Shown: positions 30,334 through 39,906 of the stretch, one piece after another
Numbering within the stretch: the first letter of the stretch is position 1
Layout: each line of letters starts with the position of its first letter
DNA from: Pseudomonadota bacterium
GTDB taxonomy: Bacteria > Pseudomonadota > Gammaproteobacteria > Burkholderiales > JABEVD01
Assembly: GCA_021835845.1 (NCBI GenBank)
Contig: JAKBJU010000005.1
Coordinates: 36,505-100,504 of the forward strand
Length of the DNA: 64,000 nt
Reading direction: 5' to 3'
The notes under the pieces: model-generated
Database searches by the model: none
What the model saw: only the letters and a program-made list of their open reading frames with translations
Told to the model about the DNA's origin: nothing
Program-made: the position numbers and the translations under genes

Positions 30334-31094
30334 TCGTCGCAAAGATCCATGGCGAGGCGATCCTGGAATTGCCCCAGGATCTTTATATTCCACCTGAAGC
30401 GCTCGAAATCGTTCTGGATACCTTCGAGGGCCCGCTCGACCTTCTGCTTTATCTCATCCGCAAGCACAATCTCGACATCCTCGATATTTGCATGGCGGAA
30501 CTCACCCGGCAGTATCTGGCCTATATCAATGCCGCGAGAGAGCGCCACGAACTTGCAGCCGAATACCTGCTGATGGCGGCTCTTCTGATCGAAATCAAAT
30601 CCAGAATGCTGCTCCCCAAGCACGCAGAAATGGAGGCAGAGGAGGATCCTCGGGCGGAACTCGCCAGGCGGCTGCTCGAATACGAGAAAATCAAGCAGGC
30701 TGCGATTACGCTTGATGCTCTGGAACAGGCTGGGCGAGATTTTCTATTGCCTAACGTTCCCAGAGACTGGCTCGATATCCCGGAATTTCCCGGGGTCGAG
30801 CCTGAAGATCTGAGGCGGGCTTGGATGAGCGTTGCTTCTCGGGTGAAAAGGATGGATTCGCACAAGGTGGAACGCGAGGAACTCTCCGTCCGCGAACACA
30901 TGGCGAGAATTCTGAAAAAACTACAGGGGCAGAACGCTGCCGAATTCGCCGAATTGTTCGAAGCTGGCGCGGGGCTTGCCGTCCTCATCGTGTCATTTCT
31001 TGCTCTGCTCGAACTCGCGCGCGAAAGTTTGGTTTCGATTGTTCAGACTGATGCTTTCGGGACGATCTATGTGAAGGCGAACAATGAATTCTGA
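30330..31094 (+). CDS. scpA: Segregation and condensation protein A
   Basis: LDTFEGPLDLLLYLIRKHNLDILDI. The TTG start overlaps the trpS stop. Confidence 0.88.
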   Translation: MIVAKIHGEAILELPQDLYIPPEALEIVLDTFEGPLDLLLYLIRKHNLDILDICMAELTRQYLAYINAARERHELAAEYLLMAALLIEIKSRMLLPKHAEMEAEEDPRAELARRLLEYEKIKQAAITLDALEQAGRDFLLPNVPRDWLDIPEFPGVEPEDLRRAWMSVASRVKRMDSHKVEREELSVREHMARILKKLQGQNAAEFAELFEAGAGLAVLIVSFLALLELARESLVSIVQTDAFGTIYVKANNEF

Positions 31095-31623
31095 CGAAGC
31101 CAGGATGGTCGTCGAAACGGCATTGCTGACTACTGAAGAAGCCATTCCCCTGGTTGAACTGGCCAGGCTGTTCGACGGCGAAATGGCGCCTCATGATATC
31201 GAGAATATGCTTTCTGATCTGCGCTACAAGTGGGCAGACTCCGGTCTCGAACTGGTCGAGGTGTCAAGCGGCTGGCGCTTCAGAACGAGACCGGAAATGC
31301 AAAAATTTCTCGATCGCCTTGCTCCCAAAAAGCCGCAGCGCTATTCCAGAGCGGCACTGGAAACGCTTGCCATCATCGCCTACAGGCAGCCTGTCACGAG
31401 GGGGGATATCGAAGAAATCCGGGGGGTTGTGGTTTCCACGCAGATTCTGAAAATGTTCGAATCGAGATGCTGGATAGAGGTGGTCGGGCATCGCGATGCA
31501 CCCGGCAGGCCTTCGCTTTATGCAACGACATCGAGGTTCCTGGATGATCTCAATTTGAGATCAATTTCCGATTTGCCGCCACTACAAAACATAGAGCCTC
31601 AACTCGAGCACCATGACACTTAA
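31084..31623 (+). CDS. scpB: Segregation and condensation protein B
   Basis: LSRAALETLAIIAYRQPVTRGDIEEIRGV..GRPSLYATT..FL. Confidence 0.88.
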   Translation: MNSDEARMVVETALLTTEEAIPLVELARLFDGEMAPHDIENMLSDLRYKWADSGLELVEVSSGWRFRTRPEMQKFLDRLAPKKPQRYSRAALETLAIIAYRQPVTRGDIEEIRGVVVSTQILKMFESRCWIEVVGHRDAPGRPSLYATTSRFLDDLNLRSISDLPPLQNIEPQLEHHDT

Positions 31624-31687
31624 TATTTTGGGAAACTAAAGTTTCATTGCTTATCGCTAAAACAGATAAAATTAAGAGAACTAACGC

Positions 31688-31717
31688 TTGACCCGAAAAC
31701 TATCCCATAGTTATACT
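31688..31717 (+). promoter_or_regulatory. Candidate sigma-70 promoter TTGACC-N18-TATACT in the ACIII leader
   Basis: Hexamers read directly from the sequence. The 18-nt spacer is suboptimal. The candidate lies in an AT-rich 0.5-kb non-coding leader. Confidence 0.3.
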
Positions 31718-31795
31718 TCAGAAAAATATGCTGACAGAGCCGGGTCGATGGCTCGTCGGCAATAATAATCAAGGTAGGTTTAATGAGGAGGGAGC

Positions 31796-31939
31796 ATGAA
31801 GGTCAAGTCTAGATGCAACGTTCATGTTGCCCAGGAACTTCGATATCTGTGTCTGTCTTGTACAGGTCGGCATTTCCTTCCCGCCATTTTTTCGCAATAC
31901 CAAAAAATTTCAACAGTAGTTGTCGATGCTGCGAGGTAA
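31796..31939 (+). CDS. Unannotated 47-codon ORF with a very strong Shine-Dalgarno (GAGGAGGGAGC-ATG)
   Basis: MKVKSRCNVHVAQELRYLCLSCTGRHFLPAIFSQYQKISTVVVDAAR*. Below the ORF-track size cutoff. Three Cys residues (C7, C19, C22). Confidence 0.35.
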   Translation: MKVKSRCNVHVAQELRYLCLSCTGRHFLPAIFSQYQKISTVVVDAAR

Positions 31940-32133
31940 CGTGCTTTCCTTGATGGGGAATATTTCGTAGCACCCGCTTTTAACTATCATTATCATTATC
32001 GTTTTGCAATTGGTGGTGAGGCATAAGGCCGCATGCCTTGCTGGTGGGGTGATCGGTGTAGGCTGAATTTCGAATGGTCAAATTCAATGGATATCATTTT
32101 ATGACTTGCTTTAATACTCTTAGGACGGGAAAC

Positions 32134-32742
32134 ATGATCCATCGTTTGCTGGCGGCGCTGTGTTTTGCTTTCCTTTTTGGTGCTGCTGCTGGTGCGGAAC
32201 CTTTCGTGCAGGGAGGCCCCATCGGGTCACAGACTCCTGATGGTTATAATGCGTTGGGGCCGGTAGTCAAGCAACCCATCGAGTTTCCCCATTACAGGCA
32301 TGCACGCGACATGGGGATCAACTGCATGTACTGCCATACGGGTGCAAGGCGCGGTTATGTGTCGGTGATTCCAAGGATCGACAAATGCATTGGGTGTCAT
32401 CAAAACATCGAATCGGTCAGGAATAAACCCAGGATCAAGAAGCTGTTTGAATATTGGGACAAGAAGGAGCCCATTCCTTGGAAAAAGGTCAATGACCTTC
32501 CGGATTATGTCAGATTCAACCATGAGCGTCATATACAGCGTTTCTATTTTAGGCAGAACAGGCCGGTACGAGAGGTGTGTGGATATTGCCATGGCGACGT
32601 TGCCAACATGACCGTCGACAGGCGCGTCAAGGCGCTGTCTATGGGTTGGTGTATTAGCTGTCACCAGAAGGACCACAAAGAAAGCGATACGAACCTGAAA
32701 ACAAGCCACGGCCCGGGAGAATGCTGGCAGTGTCACAAGTAA
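32134..32742 (+). CDS. actA: Alternative Complex III pentahaem cytochrome c subunit ActA
   Basis: Five CxxCH sites: CMYCH, CIGCH, CGYCH, CISCH, CWQCH. The signal/anchor MIHRLLAALCFAFLFGAAAGA starts at the ATG at 32134. The ORF-track start at 32074 adds 20 non-signal residues. Confidence 0.85.
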   Translation: MIHRLLAALCFAFLFGAAAGAEPFVQGGPIGSQTPDGYNALGPVVKQPIEFPHYRHARDMGINCMYCHTGARRGYVSVIPRIDKCIGCHQNIESVRNKPRIKKLFEYWDKKEPIPWKKVNDLPDYVRFNHERHIQRFYFRQNRPVREVCGYCHGDVANMTVDRRVKALSMGWCISCHQKDHKESDTNLKTSHGPGECWQCHK

Positions 32743-32805
32743 GGGTTTGCGGTACCAATCGCGGACGTATTTCCATCCAAAAATTAGCTATGGGAAGATT
32801 TGGTT

Positions 32806-35022
32806 ATGAGTGATAGTGGCATTAATCGCAGGGATTTTCTGAAAGTGCTTGGGCTGGGCGGAAGCTCCCTCGCGCTCACGGGATGCGGAAACACAGACAT
32901 TCGGTCAGGTGACGAGGTCATTATGCCGAACGTTCACCCCGAAGATTTTGTGGTGCCGGGTCTTAGCGTTTTCTATGCATCAACCTGCACTCAATGTGGC
33001 TCTGCATGCGGTGTCATGGGGCGCGTCCGCGAAGGGCGTGTGCTCAAGATGGAAGGCAATCCCGAGTCGAAGATCAGCGGTGGGAAAATTTGCGGGCTGG
33101 GACAGGCGGCAGTCCAGGTTCAGTATAACCCCGATCGCTTGACCCAGCCGATGATGAAAGTGGGGAGTAGTCTTCAGCCTGTCAGCTGGGACAAGGCGAT
33201 GGCAATGCTTGAAGAGAAGACGGGGCCCAAGAGCGGCATCAATGGCGATGAATTTGCATTCGTGACTGGCGCCATGAGCGGCCACCTCAAAGTCCTGGCG
33301 CAGAACTACCTGGATAGCCTGGGTTCCAAGAATCATTTTGTTTACGAGGCGCTTTCCCCTGCAGTCGGTTTTGCTGCGAACAAGCAAGTTTATGGCGTTG
33401 ACATGCCTAGATTGCGTTTCGACAAGGCAAAGCTGGTCGTCTCCTTCGGAAGCGATTTTCTCGGAACCGGTGCATCCCCCGTTCATTTCGCTGCCGAATA
33501 TGCCAAATTCAGGAAGGCGCCGCGTGGAACGCTGATCCAGATCGAACCCAAAATGACCATGACTGGCGCGAATGCCGATCGCTGGATCCCGATCATCCCC
33601 GGGACGGAAGGCGTGTTTGCGCTGGGTGTGGCCAATCAGCTTCTCAAGCACGGCGATTTTTCCAAAACCGTATCTGTGGATATAGTCAACCTCGTTGGCA
33701 AGTACGATCCAGACACAGTCAGCGGCATTACGGGTGTGAGCTCGGATTTGATTGGGCATTTGGCGGGGTTGCTTTGGGAGAAGTCACCGAGTCTCGTTAT
33801 TTCTGGCGCATCCGTCGAAGGACATGTTCATGGCGTTCAGAATGCGTCAGCGATCCAGATTCTCAATAGAATACTGGGCAATGTGGGCAAAACTGTTGAT
33901 GGTCAAGCGCAATCGCCTTTCCCGCAACTCGCGCCTGCAACAGGAAGCTTCGCATCCTTGAAGGCGATGAATGATGGAATGGGCGCTGGCACATACAAGG
34001 CTGTCTTTATCTACGGCGCAAATCCAGTATTCACAACACCCAGTTTTATGGGATTTAGGGATAACCTCAGAAAAGTGCCTTTCAAGGTGGCTTTTGTCAA
34101 CGCGATCGACGAAACCGCAGAAGAATGCGATCTCGTGTTGCCCATCTACACTGCAGTCGAGGATTTTGGCTCGCATATCGCCTGGTATCAGCCAGAGGGG
34201 GTCGAGATCACCATGCAGCAGCCTCTCATGGAAAAGCTTTATTCGGATACCCGCTCCATGGGCGATATCATGCTCGACCTCGTCAAGCAGCGCCGTGCCG
34301 ACGAATACAAAAACTGGCCAGATTTCCGCTCCTATCTGAAAACTGCGGTTGTCAACATCAAGCCCGCAGTCAAATACACGGATACTGACGAGCATTTCTG
34401 GTACGACACTCTGAGTCGTGGCGTGATTCATGTCGATGCGCCGCAACAGCAGATCGCGGAGAGCTTTTCAACAGAAATGCTTGACCTTCCGACGACGATA
34501 AATTCACCCGATCCAAAGTTTCCGTTCTATCTGATTCCATCCGAACGGCATTATTTCAGGGATGGACGTCATGCCAACTGCGGATGGCTGCAGGAATCGC
34601 CGGATCCGCTGACCACCGTGGTTTGGGATTCGTGGGCTGAAATTCACCCCAAAACCGCGGAGAGCATGGGTATCAAGGAAGGGGATTATCTCGAGATTTC
34701 TTCCCAGAATGGTACGCTGAAGGTAAAAGCCTATCTCTTCCCGGGCATACATCCTGACGCGATTTCGATTCCGCTTGGGCAGGGGCACGAATCGCTCGGG
34801 CGTTTTGCCAAGGGAGTCGGGGTGAATCCTTTCAGGATTCTGAATCCGGTTTTCGAGAAGGATACAGGGGAACTCGCCATGTACGGCACGCGGGTTTCGG
34901 TGAAGAAAACGGCAGAATCCGAAATTGTTGTCAAGGACGAAGGTCCTGTCAGTACGCAAATGGGGCGCAAACTGGTTGTGACGTTACCTGCTGACGTCGC
35001 TCAGCTTTCCAAGGAGATTTAA
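32806..35022 (+). CDS. actB1: ACIII ActB1: Tat-exported molybdopterin-oxidoreductase-fold subunit
   Basis: MSDSGINRRDFLKVLG (twin-Arg). N-terminal FeS motif CTQCGSACGV..ICGLG. 738 aa with MopB-like layout. Confidence 0.85.
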   Translation: MSDSGINRRDFLKVLGLGGSSLALTGCGNTDIRSGDEVIMPNVHPEDFVVPGLSVFYASTCTQCGSACGVMGRVREGRVLKMEGNPESKISGGKICGLGQAAVQVQYNPDRLTQPMMKVGSSLQPVSWDKAMAMLEEKTGPKSGINGDEFAFVTGAMSGHLKVLAQNYLDSLGSKNHFVYEALSPAVGFAANKQVYGVDMPRLRFDKAKLVVSFGSDFLGTGASPVHFAAEYAKFRKAPRGTLIQIEPKMTMTGANADRWIPIIPGTEGVFALGVANQLLKHGDFSKTVSVDIVNLVGKYDPDTVSGITGVSSDLIGHLAGLLWEKSPSLVISGASVEGHVHGVQNASAIQILNRILGNVGKTVDGQAQSPFPQLAPATGSFASLKAMNDGMGAGTYKAVFIYGANPVFTTPSFMGFRDNLRKVPFKVAFVNAIDETAEECDLVLPIYTAVEDFGSHIAWYQPEGVEITMQQPLMEKLYSDTRSMGDIMLDLVKQRRADEYKNWPDFRSYLKTAVVNIKPAVKYTDTDEHFWYDTLSRGVIHVDAPQQQIAESFSTEMLDLPTTINSPDPKFPFYLIPSERHYFRDGRHANCGWLQESPDPLTTVVWDSWAEIHPKTAESMGIKEGDYLEISSQNGTLKVKAYLFPGIHPDAISIPLGQGHESLGRFAKGVGVNPFRILNPVFEKDTGELAMYGTRVSVKKTAESEIVVKDEGPVSTQMGRKLVVTLPADVAQLSKEI

Positions 35023-35024
35023 AA

Positions 35025-35873
35025 GTGTCGATTACGAATCTTTTGAACAACTGGTCTTTCTACAGGAAAAAGCGTCCTTATCAGGGGCAATACGATCTCA
35101 ATAGACAGTACAGCGAGTACAAGTGGGCAATGGCCCTGGATCTTGACATCTGCACGGGCTGTAATGCATGCACGACTGCCTGCTATGCAGAAAACAATCT
35201 TCCGGTGGTTGGCAAGGAGCGCTTCAAGCATGGACATGTGATGCACTGGATCAGGATTGAGCGCTACTGGGATGAGAAAATGGGCGAGTTTCCTGAGCAA
35301 GGCGCATCTTTCCTACCCATGATGTGCCAGCAATGCGAAGAGGCCCCTTGCGAGACTGTTTGTCCTGTCGGTGCAACCAGTCACACCAACGACGGCTTGA
35401 ATTCCCAGAATTATCATCGGTGTGTCGGTTCCCGGTACTGCTCGGTAAACTGCCCTTACAAGGTCAGATACTTCAATTTCTGGAATTATCCTTCTACTGC
35501 TTGGCCGGCACCTCTTCCGGATCAGCTTAACCCCGATGTGACAGTCCGCACCAAGGGAATTATGGAAAAGTGCACGTTCTGTGTCCAGAGACTGAATGAA
35601 GCCAAGAGCCGCGCCAGAACGGAATATCGCCTCGTCAGGGACGGAGAAGTCGTGCCTGCTTGCGTCCAGGCTTGCCCGACAAGCGCGATAACCTTTGGCA
35701 ATATAGTTGACCCGAAGTCGAAAGTTGCAATGATGTGGAAGAATCAGCAGGTCGATCTTTACAAAGACATGCAGGAAAAGGACAACTCGGTTCGTGGATA
35801 TAGGATATTGGAGGATTTAAGACCGTTCCCGTCAGTGATGTACTTGGAGCGAGTAAGGGATATGGAAGCATAG
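35025..35873 (+). CDS. actB2: ACIII ActB2: 4Fe-4S cluster subunit (PsrB/DmsB-like), encoded separately from B1
   Basis: CTGCNACTTAC, CQQCEEAPCETVCP, CVGSRYCSVNCP, CTFCVQR..ACVQACP. Confidence 0.88.
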   Translation: MSITNLLNNWSFYRKKRPYQGQYDLNRQYSEYKWAMALDLDICTGCNACTTACYAENNLPVVGKERFKHGHVMHWIRIERYWDEKMGEFPEQGASFLPMMCQQCEEAPCETVCPVGATSHTNDGLNSQNYHRCVGSRYCSVNCPYKVRYFNFWNYPSTAWPAPLPDQLNPDVTVRTKGIMEKCTFCVQRLNEAKSRARTEYRLVRDGEVVPACVQACPTSAITFGNIVDPKSKVAMMWKNQQVDLYKDMQEKDNSVRGYRILEDLRPFPSVMYLERVRDMEA

Positions 35874-35940
35874 GATTGATCTCACCTTAACTGCTTGTGT
35901 TCCTCTTATAGGTAATGTTTTTACTTCAAGGAATTTTGTA

Positions 35941-37398
35941 ATGGTCAATACATACGAAGAAACAGAAGTCGCCGTAGAGAAGCGATTTGTCCCGAAACCG
36001 CTTGACATAAATGCAGATATCGCATGGGCAAAAATCAATAAGGACATACTCCGCAGTTTGGAGCGTCCAAGGCCAATATTCTGGGTGATTTTCATTGCAT
36101 CGTTTGCCTTGTTCTTGGTTGGTGTCTCTTGCGAAGTTTATCAATATCAAACAGGCATGGGTGTAGCCAATCTGAATAACCCGCAGGTGTGGGGGCTTTA
36201 TATTGCGACATTCATCTGGTGGATTGGAATGGGGCACTCCGGAACGCTGCTTTCAGCCCTTCTGCATATCATGCATGCAGACTGGCGTAAGCCGATTTAC
36301 CGATATTCCGAAGCGATGACCACATTCACACTGCTGACTGCTGCGCTCTTCGTCATGGTTCACTTGGGCAGGATTTGGCAGTTCTACTACGTGGTGGCCT
36401 ACCCGAATGAAAGATGGACATGGCCTAACTTTCAGTCTCCCCTGGTCTGGGACGCAACCGCGATCGGAACCTACCTCACTTCGTCGCTCCTGTTCCTTTA
36501 CATCGGGATGATTCCGGATCTGGCTATTTGTCGTGACAATGCCATTGGAATCCGCAAGAAGTTGTATACCTTCATGTCGCTTGGCTGGATGGGGACCGAT
36601 CGGCAATGGGCCAACTTCCGCGTCACTTATTTGACTCTGGCCTGCTTTCTGATGCCCCTTGCTGTTTCCGTGCATTCCATCGTTTCGACCGATTTTGCTG
36701 CATCACAGCAACCCGGTTATCACATTACGTCCTTTCCTCCCTACTTCGTCGCAGGGGCTATATATTCAGGGCTGGCTGTGATTATTACTCTCTTCATTGT
36801 CCTTCGATATACGTTCCGATTCGAGGAATATATGACCATGCCGATTCTCGAAAAGCTCGCAAAATTAACTTTTGCAGCGGGAATGGTGTGGACTTACCTG
36901 AATCTCATCGAATATGCCACGACATGGTATGGCAATGACATGTACGCCAAGCAGGCCTTGATATACCGCGCTACAGGTCCGTTTGCTCCCGAGTGGTGGA
37001 TGATGAACTTCCTTGGGTCGGTGCTTCCTTTTGCACTCACCTTCAAAAGGGTAAGGGCGAGTATTCCTGTAATGCTTTTCATGTCTATCTTCATCAATTT
37101 CGGGATGTGGCTGGAACGCTGGATGATTATTTCCCCGACCTTGGCACACGGAATTTATCCCTGGACCTGGGACGACGATCAATGGCCAAGCTTTGTCCAA
37201 TGGGGAATTGTTGCCGGCAGCTTTGGCTGGTTCAACATGCTCTTCATGTTGTATTGCAAGATCTTTCCTTCAGTTTCAATGTATGAGGTAAAGGAAATGC
37301 TTCATGAGCGTCGATTCTTTAAGAGTACCAACGTAGCAACTGCTCGGGATTCCGCGATTAATCCAGATTTGGCAGTTGAGGGAGGTCTTGCATCATGA
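35941..37398 (+). CDS. actC: ACIII ActC: NrfD/PsrC-like quinol-interacting membrane subunit
   Basis: 485 aa, about 10 TM helices, with NrfD-like WGLYIATFIWWIGMGHSGTL. Confidence 0.85.
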   Translation: MVNTYEETEVAVEKRFVPKPLDINADIAWAKINKDILRSLERPRPIFWVIFIASFALFLVGVSCEVYQYQTGMGVANLNNPQVWGLYIATFIWWIGMGHSGTLLSALLHIMHADWRKPIYRYSEAMTTFTLLTAALFVMVHLGRIWQFYYVVAYPNERWTWPNFQSPLVWDATAIGTYLTSSLLFLYIGMIPDLAICRDNAIGIRKKLYTFMSLGWMGTDRQWANFRVTYLTLACFLMPLAVSVHSIVSTDFAASQQPGYHITSFPPYFVAGAIYSGLAVIITLFIVLRYTFRFEEYMTMPILEKLAKLTFAAGMVWTYLNLIEYATTWYGNDMYAKQALIYRATGPFAPEWWMMNFLGSVLPFALTFKRVRASIPVMLFMSIFINFGMWLERWMIISPTLAHGIYPWTWDDDQWPSFVQWGIVAGSFGWFNMLFMLYCKIFPSVSMYEVKEMLHERRFFKSTNVATARDSAINPDLAVEGGLAS

Positions 37399-37919
37399 GT
37401 AAATCGCATATGCTCGCATTGTTTTCCGATTTCGATCAGGCCTCCGAGGCAATTCGGGACCTTAAATCCTCAAATTTTGAGGGATTCAAATTGGATGACG
37501 TGACGCTAAAATCGCCGATCGAGCACCCCGAGATTGAGGAGTTGCTTGGAAAGCGTCCAGTTTATGTCAGGATCTTCACCTTCTTTGGCGCTTTGTTCGT
37601 GCCGCTTCTGGGTTTCTTGTTTGTGGCTTCGTCGCAAGCAACCTTCCTGTTGCAGCCAAAAGGAGGTAAGCCGGTAATCCCCCTCCCGCCAAATTTTGTT
37701 CTGACCTATGAATTTTTTATTCTTGGGGGGGTGTACATGACGGTGCTCGGTTTTTTTATCAGCGCGAAATTGCCGATGAAAAGAAATAAGCTGTACAACG
37801 CCCGGGTTTCCGAAGATCAAATCGGCATTCTCATCAAAGCAGAGGACTCTATAATGCCGGCCATAAAGGATCTGTTTACAAGACACAACCCATTGGAAAT
37901 CATGGGAGGGGATAACTAA
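37395..37919 (+). CDS. actD: ACIII ActD (DUF3341)
   Basis: MLALFSDFDQASEAIRDLK.. followed by two TM helices. Start overlaps the actC stop (ATGA). Confidence 0.8.
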   Translation: MSKSHMLALFSDFDQASEAIRDLKSSNFEGFKLDDVTLKSPIEHPEIEELLGKRPVYVRIFTFFGALFVPLLGFLFVASSQATFLLQPKGGKPVIPLPPNFVLTYEFFILGGVYMTVLGFFISAKLPMKRNKLYNARVSEDQIGILIKAEDSIMPAIKDLFTRHNPLEIMGGDN

Positions 37920-38501
37920 ATGGTAAAGTTGCGATGGTTCGCAGTGATTGCAACACTTATTCCATCTGTTGCCGTGGCTTGGCCGTGGTCTACCGACATG
38001 ATGGATCAGATTAGCATCAAACCGCAGCATGGCCCGATGGGTGTTCGGCCTTTCCCGGAACATTCCGTACCCATTCCGAGCACCAAGACTTCGTCGCGGA
38101 TTGTTGACATGGACGAGGCCGATGCAACCAAGAATCCGGTTGCGGCAACGCCAGAATCGATCCATAACGGGATGAAACTGTTCGAGGTCATTTGTACTCC
38201 TTGCCACAATTATTCCGGAAAAGGTGACGGCCCCGTCGGCATGAAGTTGACATTGCAGCCTTTCGACCTGACTTCCGATCGCATTCAGCATGAGGTGACC
38301 GAAGGACACATTTTCGGCTACATGACGTTCGGAGGGGCAGTGATGCCTTCCTACGCGAATGATCTGTATCCGAACGAACGCTGGGATATCGTCAATTTCG
38401 TACGTCATGGTTTGCTGCAATACTCTCAGAACTGGCTCAAGACACATTACAGTGCTGACAAAGGCCACTATGACTATACGGACAAGGGCGGTAAACAATA
38501 A
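37920..38501 (+). CDS. actE: ACIII ActE monohaem cytochrome c
   Basis: Single CTPCH. N-terminal WPWSTDMMDQISIKPQ motif typical of ActE. Confidence 0.8.
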   Translation: MVKLRWFAVIATLIPSVAVAWPWSTDMMDQISIKPQHGPMGVRPFPEHSVPIPSTKTSSRIVDMDEADATKNPVAATPESIHNGMKLFEVICTPCHNYSGKGDGPVGMKLTLQPFDLTSDRIQHEVTEGHIFGYMTFGGAVMPSYANDLYPNERWDIVNFVRHGLLQYSQNWLKTHYSADKGHYDYTDKGGKQ

Positions 38502-38516
38502 AGGGGTAATGTAATT

Positions 38517-39524
38517 ATGGTTTCTTTTGCCAGCTGGTCTGTTTTGACCGTGGATTTCCTGATTGTTTTTTATTTGGCGTTTGGCGGAATAACGCTTGCC
38601 GCCTTATTGCACTTGGTGAATGCCAAGTGGCGTTATGATGTGAGATTCATAACCGTATCGTTCTTCTCCCTCTATCCGCTTGCATTTATCCTGTTGCTGA
38701 TACTGCTCTGGGGGGGCAAGACTACGTTTCCATGGGTTACCTCGATCGAACCAAAGCCGTTGTGGAATAATCTGACCTTCCTCGCGATTAGGGAAATCGT
38801 CGCCTTCATCATCATCGGCATTCTGGGCGCATTTTTTATAAAATATCAGGCGAGGGCGGACAAGGATCCGGACAGCAAGATCATATTTCGTAATGTGGCG
38901 CTGCTGATTCCATTTGCCTACGTGCTCTTTGGAACGATGTTCGCCTGGGATTACGAGATGACTCTGACTCCGTACTGGGGAAGTTCCATATATGCGATGT
39001 ATTTCTTCGTCAGTAATTTCGGCATGTTTCTTGCGTTCACGGTTACGCTGATTTATTTCCTGAATAACTCGGGTGCACTTACGAAGCCGATCGGCGACTA
39101 TGTATACAACTATCTTGCGCAAATGATGTTGGGATTTACCATTCTCTGGATTTACACCTTCTTCGCCCAATATTTGATCATTTGGTACGGCAATCTGCCT
39201 GACGAAACAGGGCGTATTGTCCATATGCAGTATGGAAATTACGGAGGACTCTTCTGGACTTTCTTTGCCATGAAATTCGTGTTTCCGTTCCTGATGCTGG
39301 TTTTTCCATTCAACAGGCATTGTATCTATTCGATCCTGGCTGTTGCTGCAAGCATCATGATTGGGACTTGGCTGGAGCGCTATACGTGGATTTCAGGAAC
39401 CTCCAATTCGGCCCATATGCCCATGACCTCTCTTTTCGACATCGGCGTCACGGCGATCGTTTTCGGAGCGGCATTCACCATTGTCAGAACGACCATGAAG
39501 AAATACAAGCTGATCAAGGCCTGA
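38517..39524 (+). CDS. actF: ACIII ActF membrane subunit
   Basis: 335 aa polytopic membrane protein in the last position of the act cluster. Confidence 0.75.
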   Translation: MVSFASWSVLTVDFLIVFYLAFGGITLAALLHLVNAKWRYDVRFITVSFFSLYPLAFILLLILLWGGKTTFPWVTSIEPKPLWNNLTFLAIREIVAFIIIGILGAFFIKYQARADKDPDSKIIFRNVALLIPFAYVLFGTMFAWDYEMTLTPYWGSSIYAMYFFVSNFGMFLAFTVTLIYFLNNSGALTKPIGDYVYNYLAQMMLGFTILWIYTFFAQYLIIWYGNLPDETGRIVHMQYGNYGGLFWTFFAMKFVFPFLMLVFPFNRHCIYSILAVAASIMIGTWLERYTWISGTSNSAHMPMTSLFDIGVTAIVFGAAFTIVRTTMKKYKLIKA

Positions 39525-39549
39525 TTCCGGAAAGTCTGCGGATCCAACA

Positions 39550-39582
39550 CCCGCCGCCTGCACAAGGTGGCGGGTTTTTTTT
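39550..39582 (+). terminator. Rho-independent terminator after actF
   Basis: Stem CCCGCCGCC / GGTGGCGGG (one G-U pair), 7-nt loop, followed by T8. Confidence 0.8.
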
Positions 39583-39619
39583 CGTCCATCGATCTGATAT
39601 CATTCGAGCGCTTCAGGTG

Positions 39620-39790
39620 TCCGGCTTCGTCATGAAGCCGGGTGAAACGGGAAACAGGTGAAATGCCTGTGCTGCCCCCGCAACGGTAAGAGAGCGTGAA
39701 CCCTCATGCTGCCACTGTGAATCATTTCATGGGAAGGCGATGGTTTTTTCTCGAGCCCGGAGACCGGCCTGGAACATTGCGAGGATGTCG
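39620..39790 (+). promoter_or_regulatory. Cobalamin (B12) riboswitch
   Basis: Conserved core GGTGAAACGGGAAACAGGTGAAATGCCTGTGCTGCCCCCGCAACGGTAAG (39641..39690). B12 box AGCCCGGAGACCGGCC (39754..39769). Lies directly upstream of btuB. The ends are approximate. Confidence 0.85.
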
Positions 39791-39906
39791 CGGGGATGCG
39801 GCAGGCCGGTGCCCATGCCTTTCGGATATGCGCTTTCCTGTCGTTGCTCCCGAGATTTCCATTATTGAATTCCGCATGCGGGGTCGCATGCGGCTCGGAG
39901 ACCAAT

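Noticed and set aside
31985-32000. The TATCAT TATCAT TATC micro-repeat, considered as a distinct repeat element or CRISPR-like feature.
   Set aside because: It has only about 2.7 copies of a 6-mer in AT-rich DNA and no spacers or further copies. It is mentioned only as part of the ACIII leader.
32074-32133. Upstream ATG starts for actA at 32074 and 32101.
   Set aside because: These would put 11-20 polar residues before the hydrophobic signal/anchor and have no SD. The ATG at 32134 begins directly with a signal peptide. The upstream starts are still possible, so actA start confidence is moderate.
39621-39641. Hairpin CCGGCTTC-gtcat-GAAGCCGG after the actF terminator, considered as a second terminator.
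   Set aside because: It has no U-tract and sits at the 5' edge of the cobalamin riboswitch, so it is more likely a riboswitch stem.
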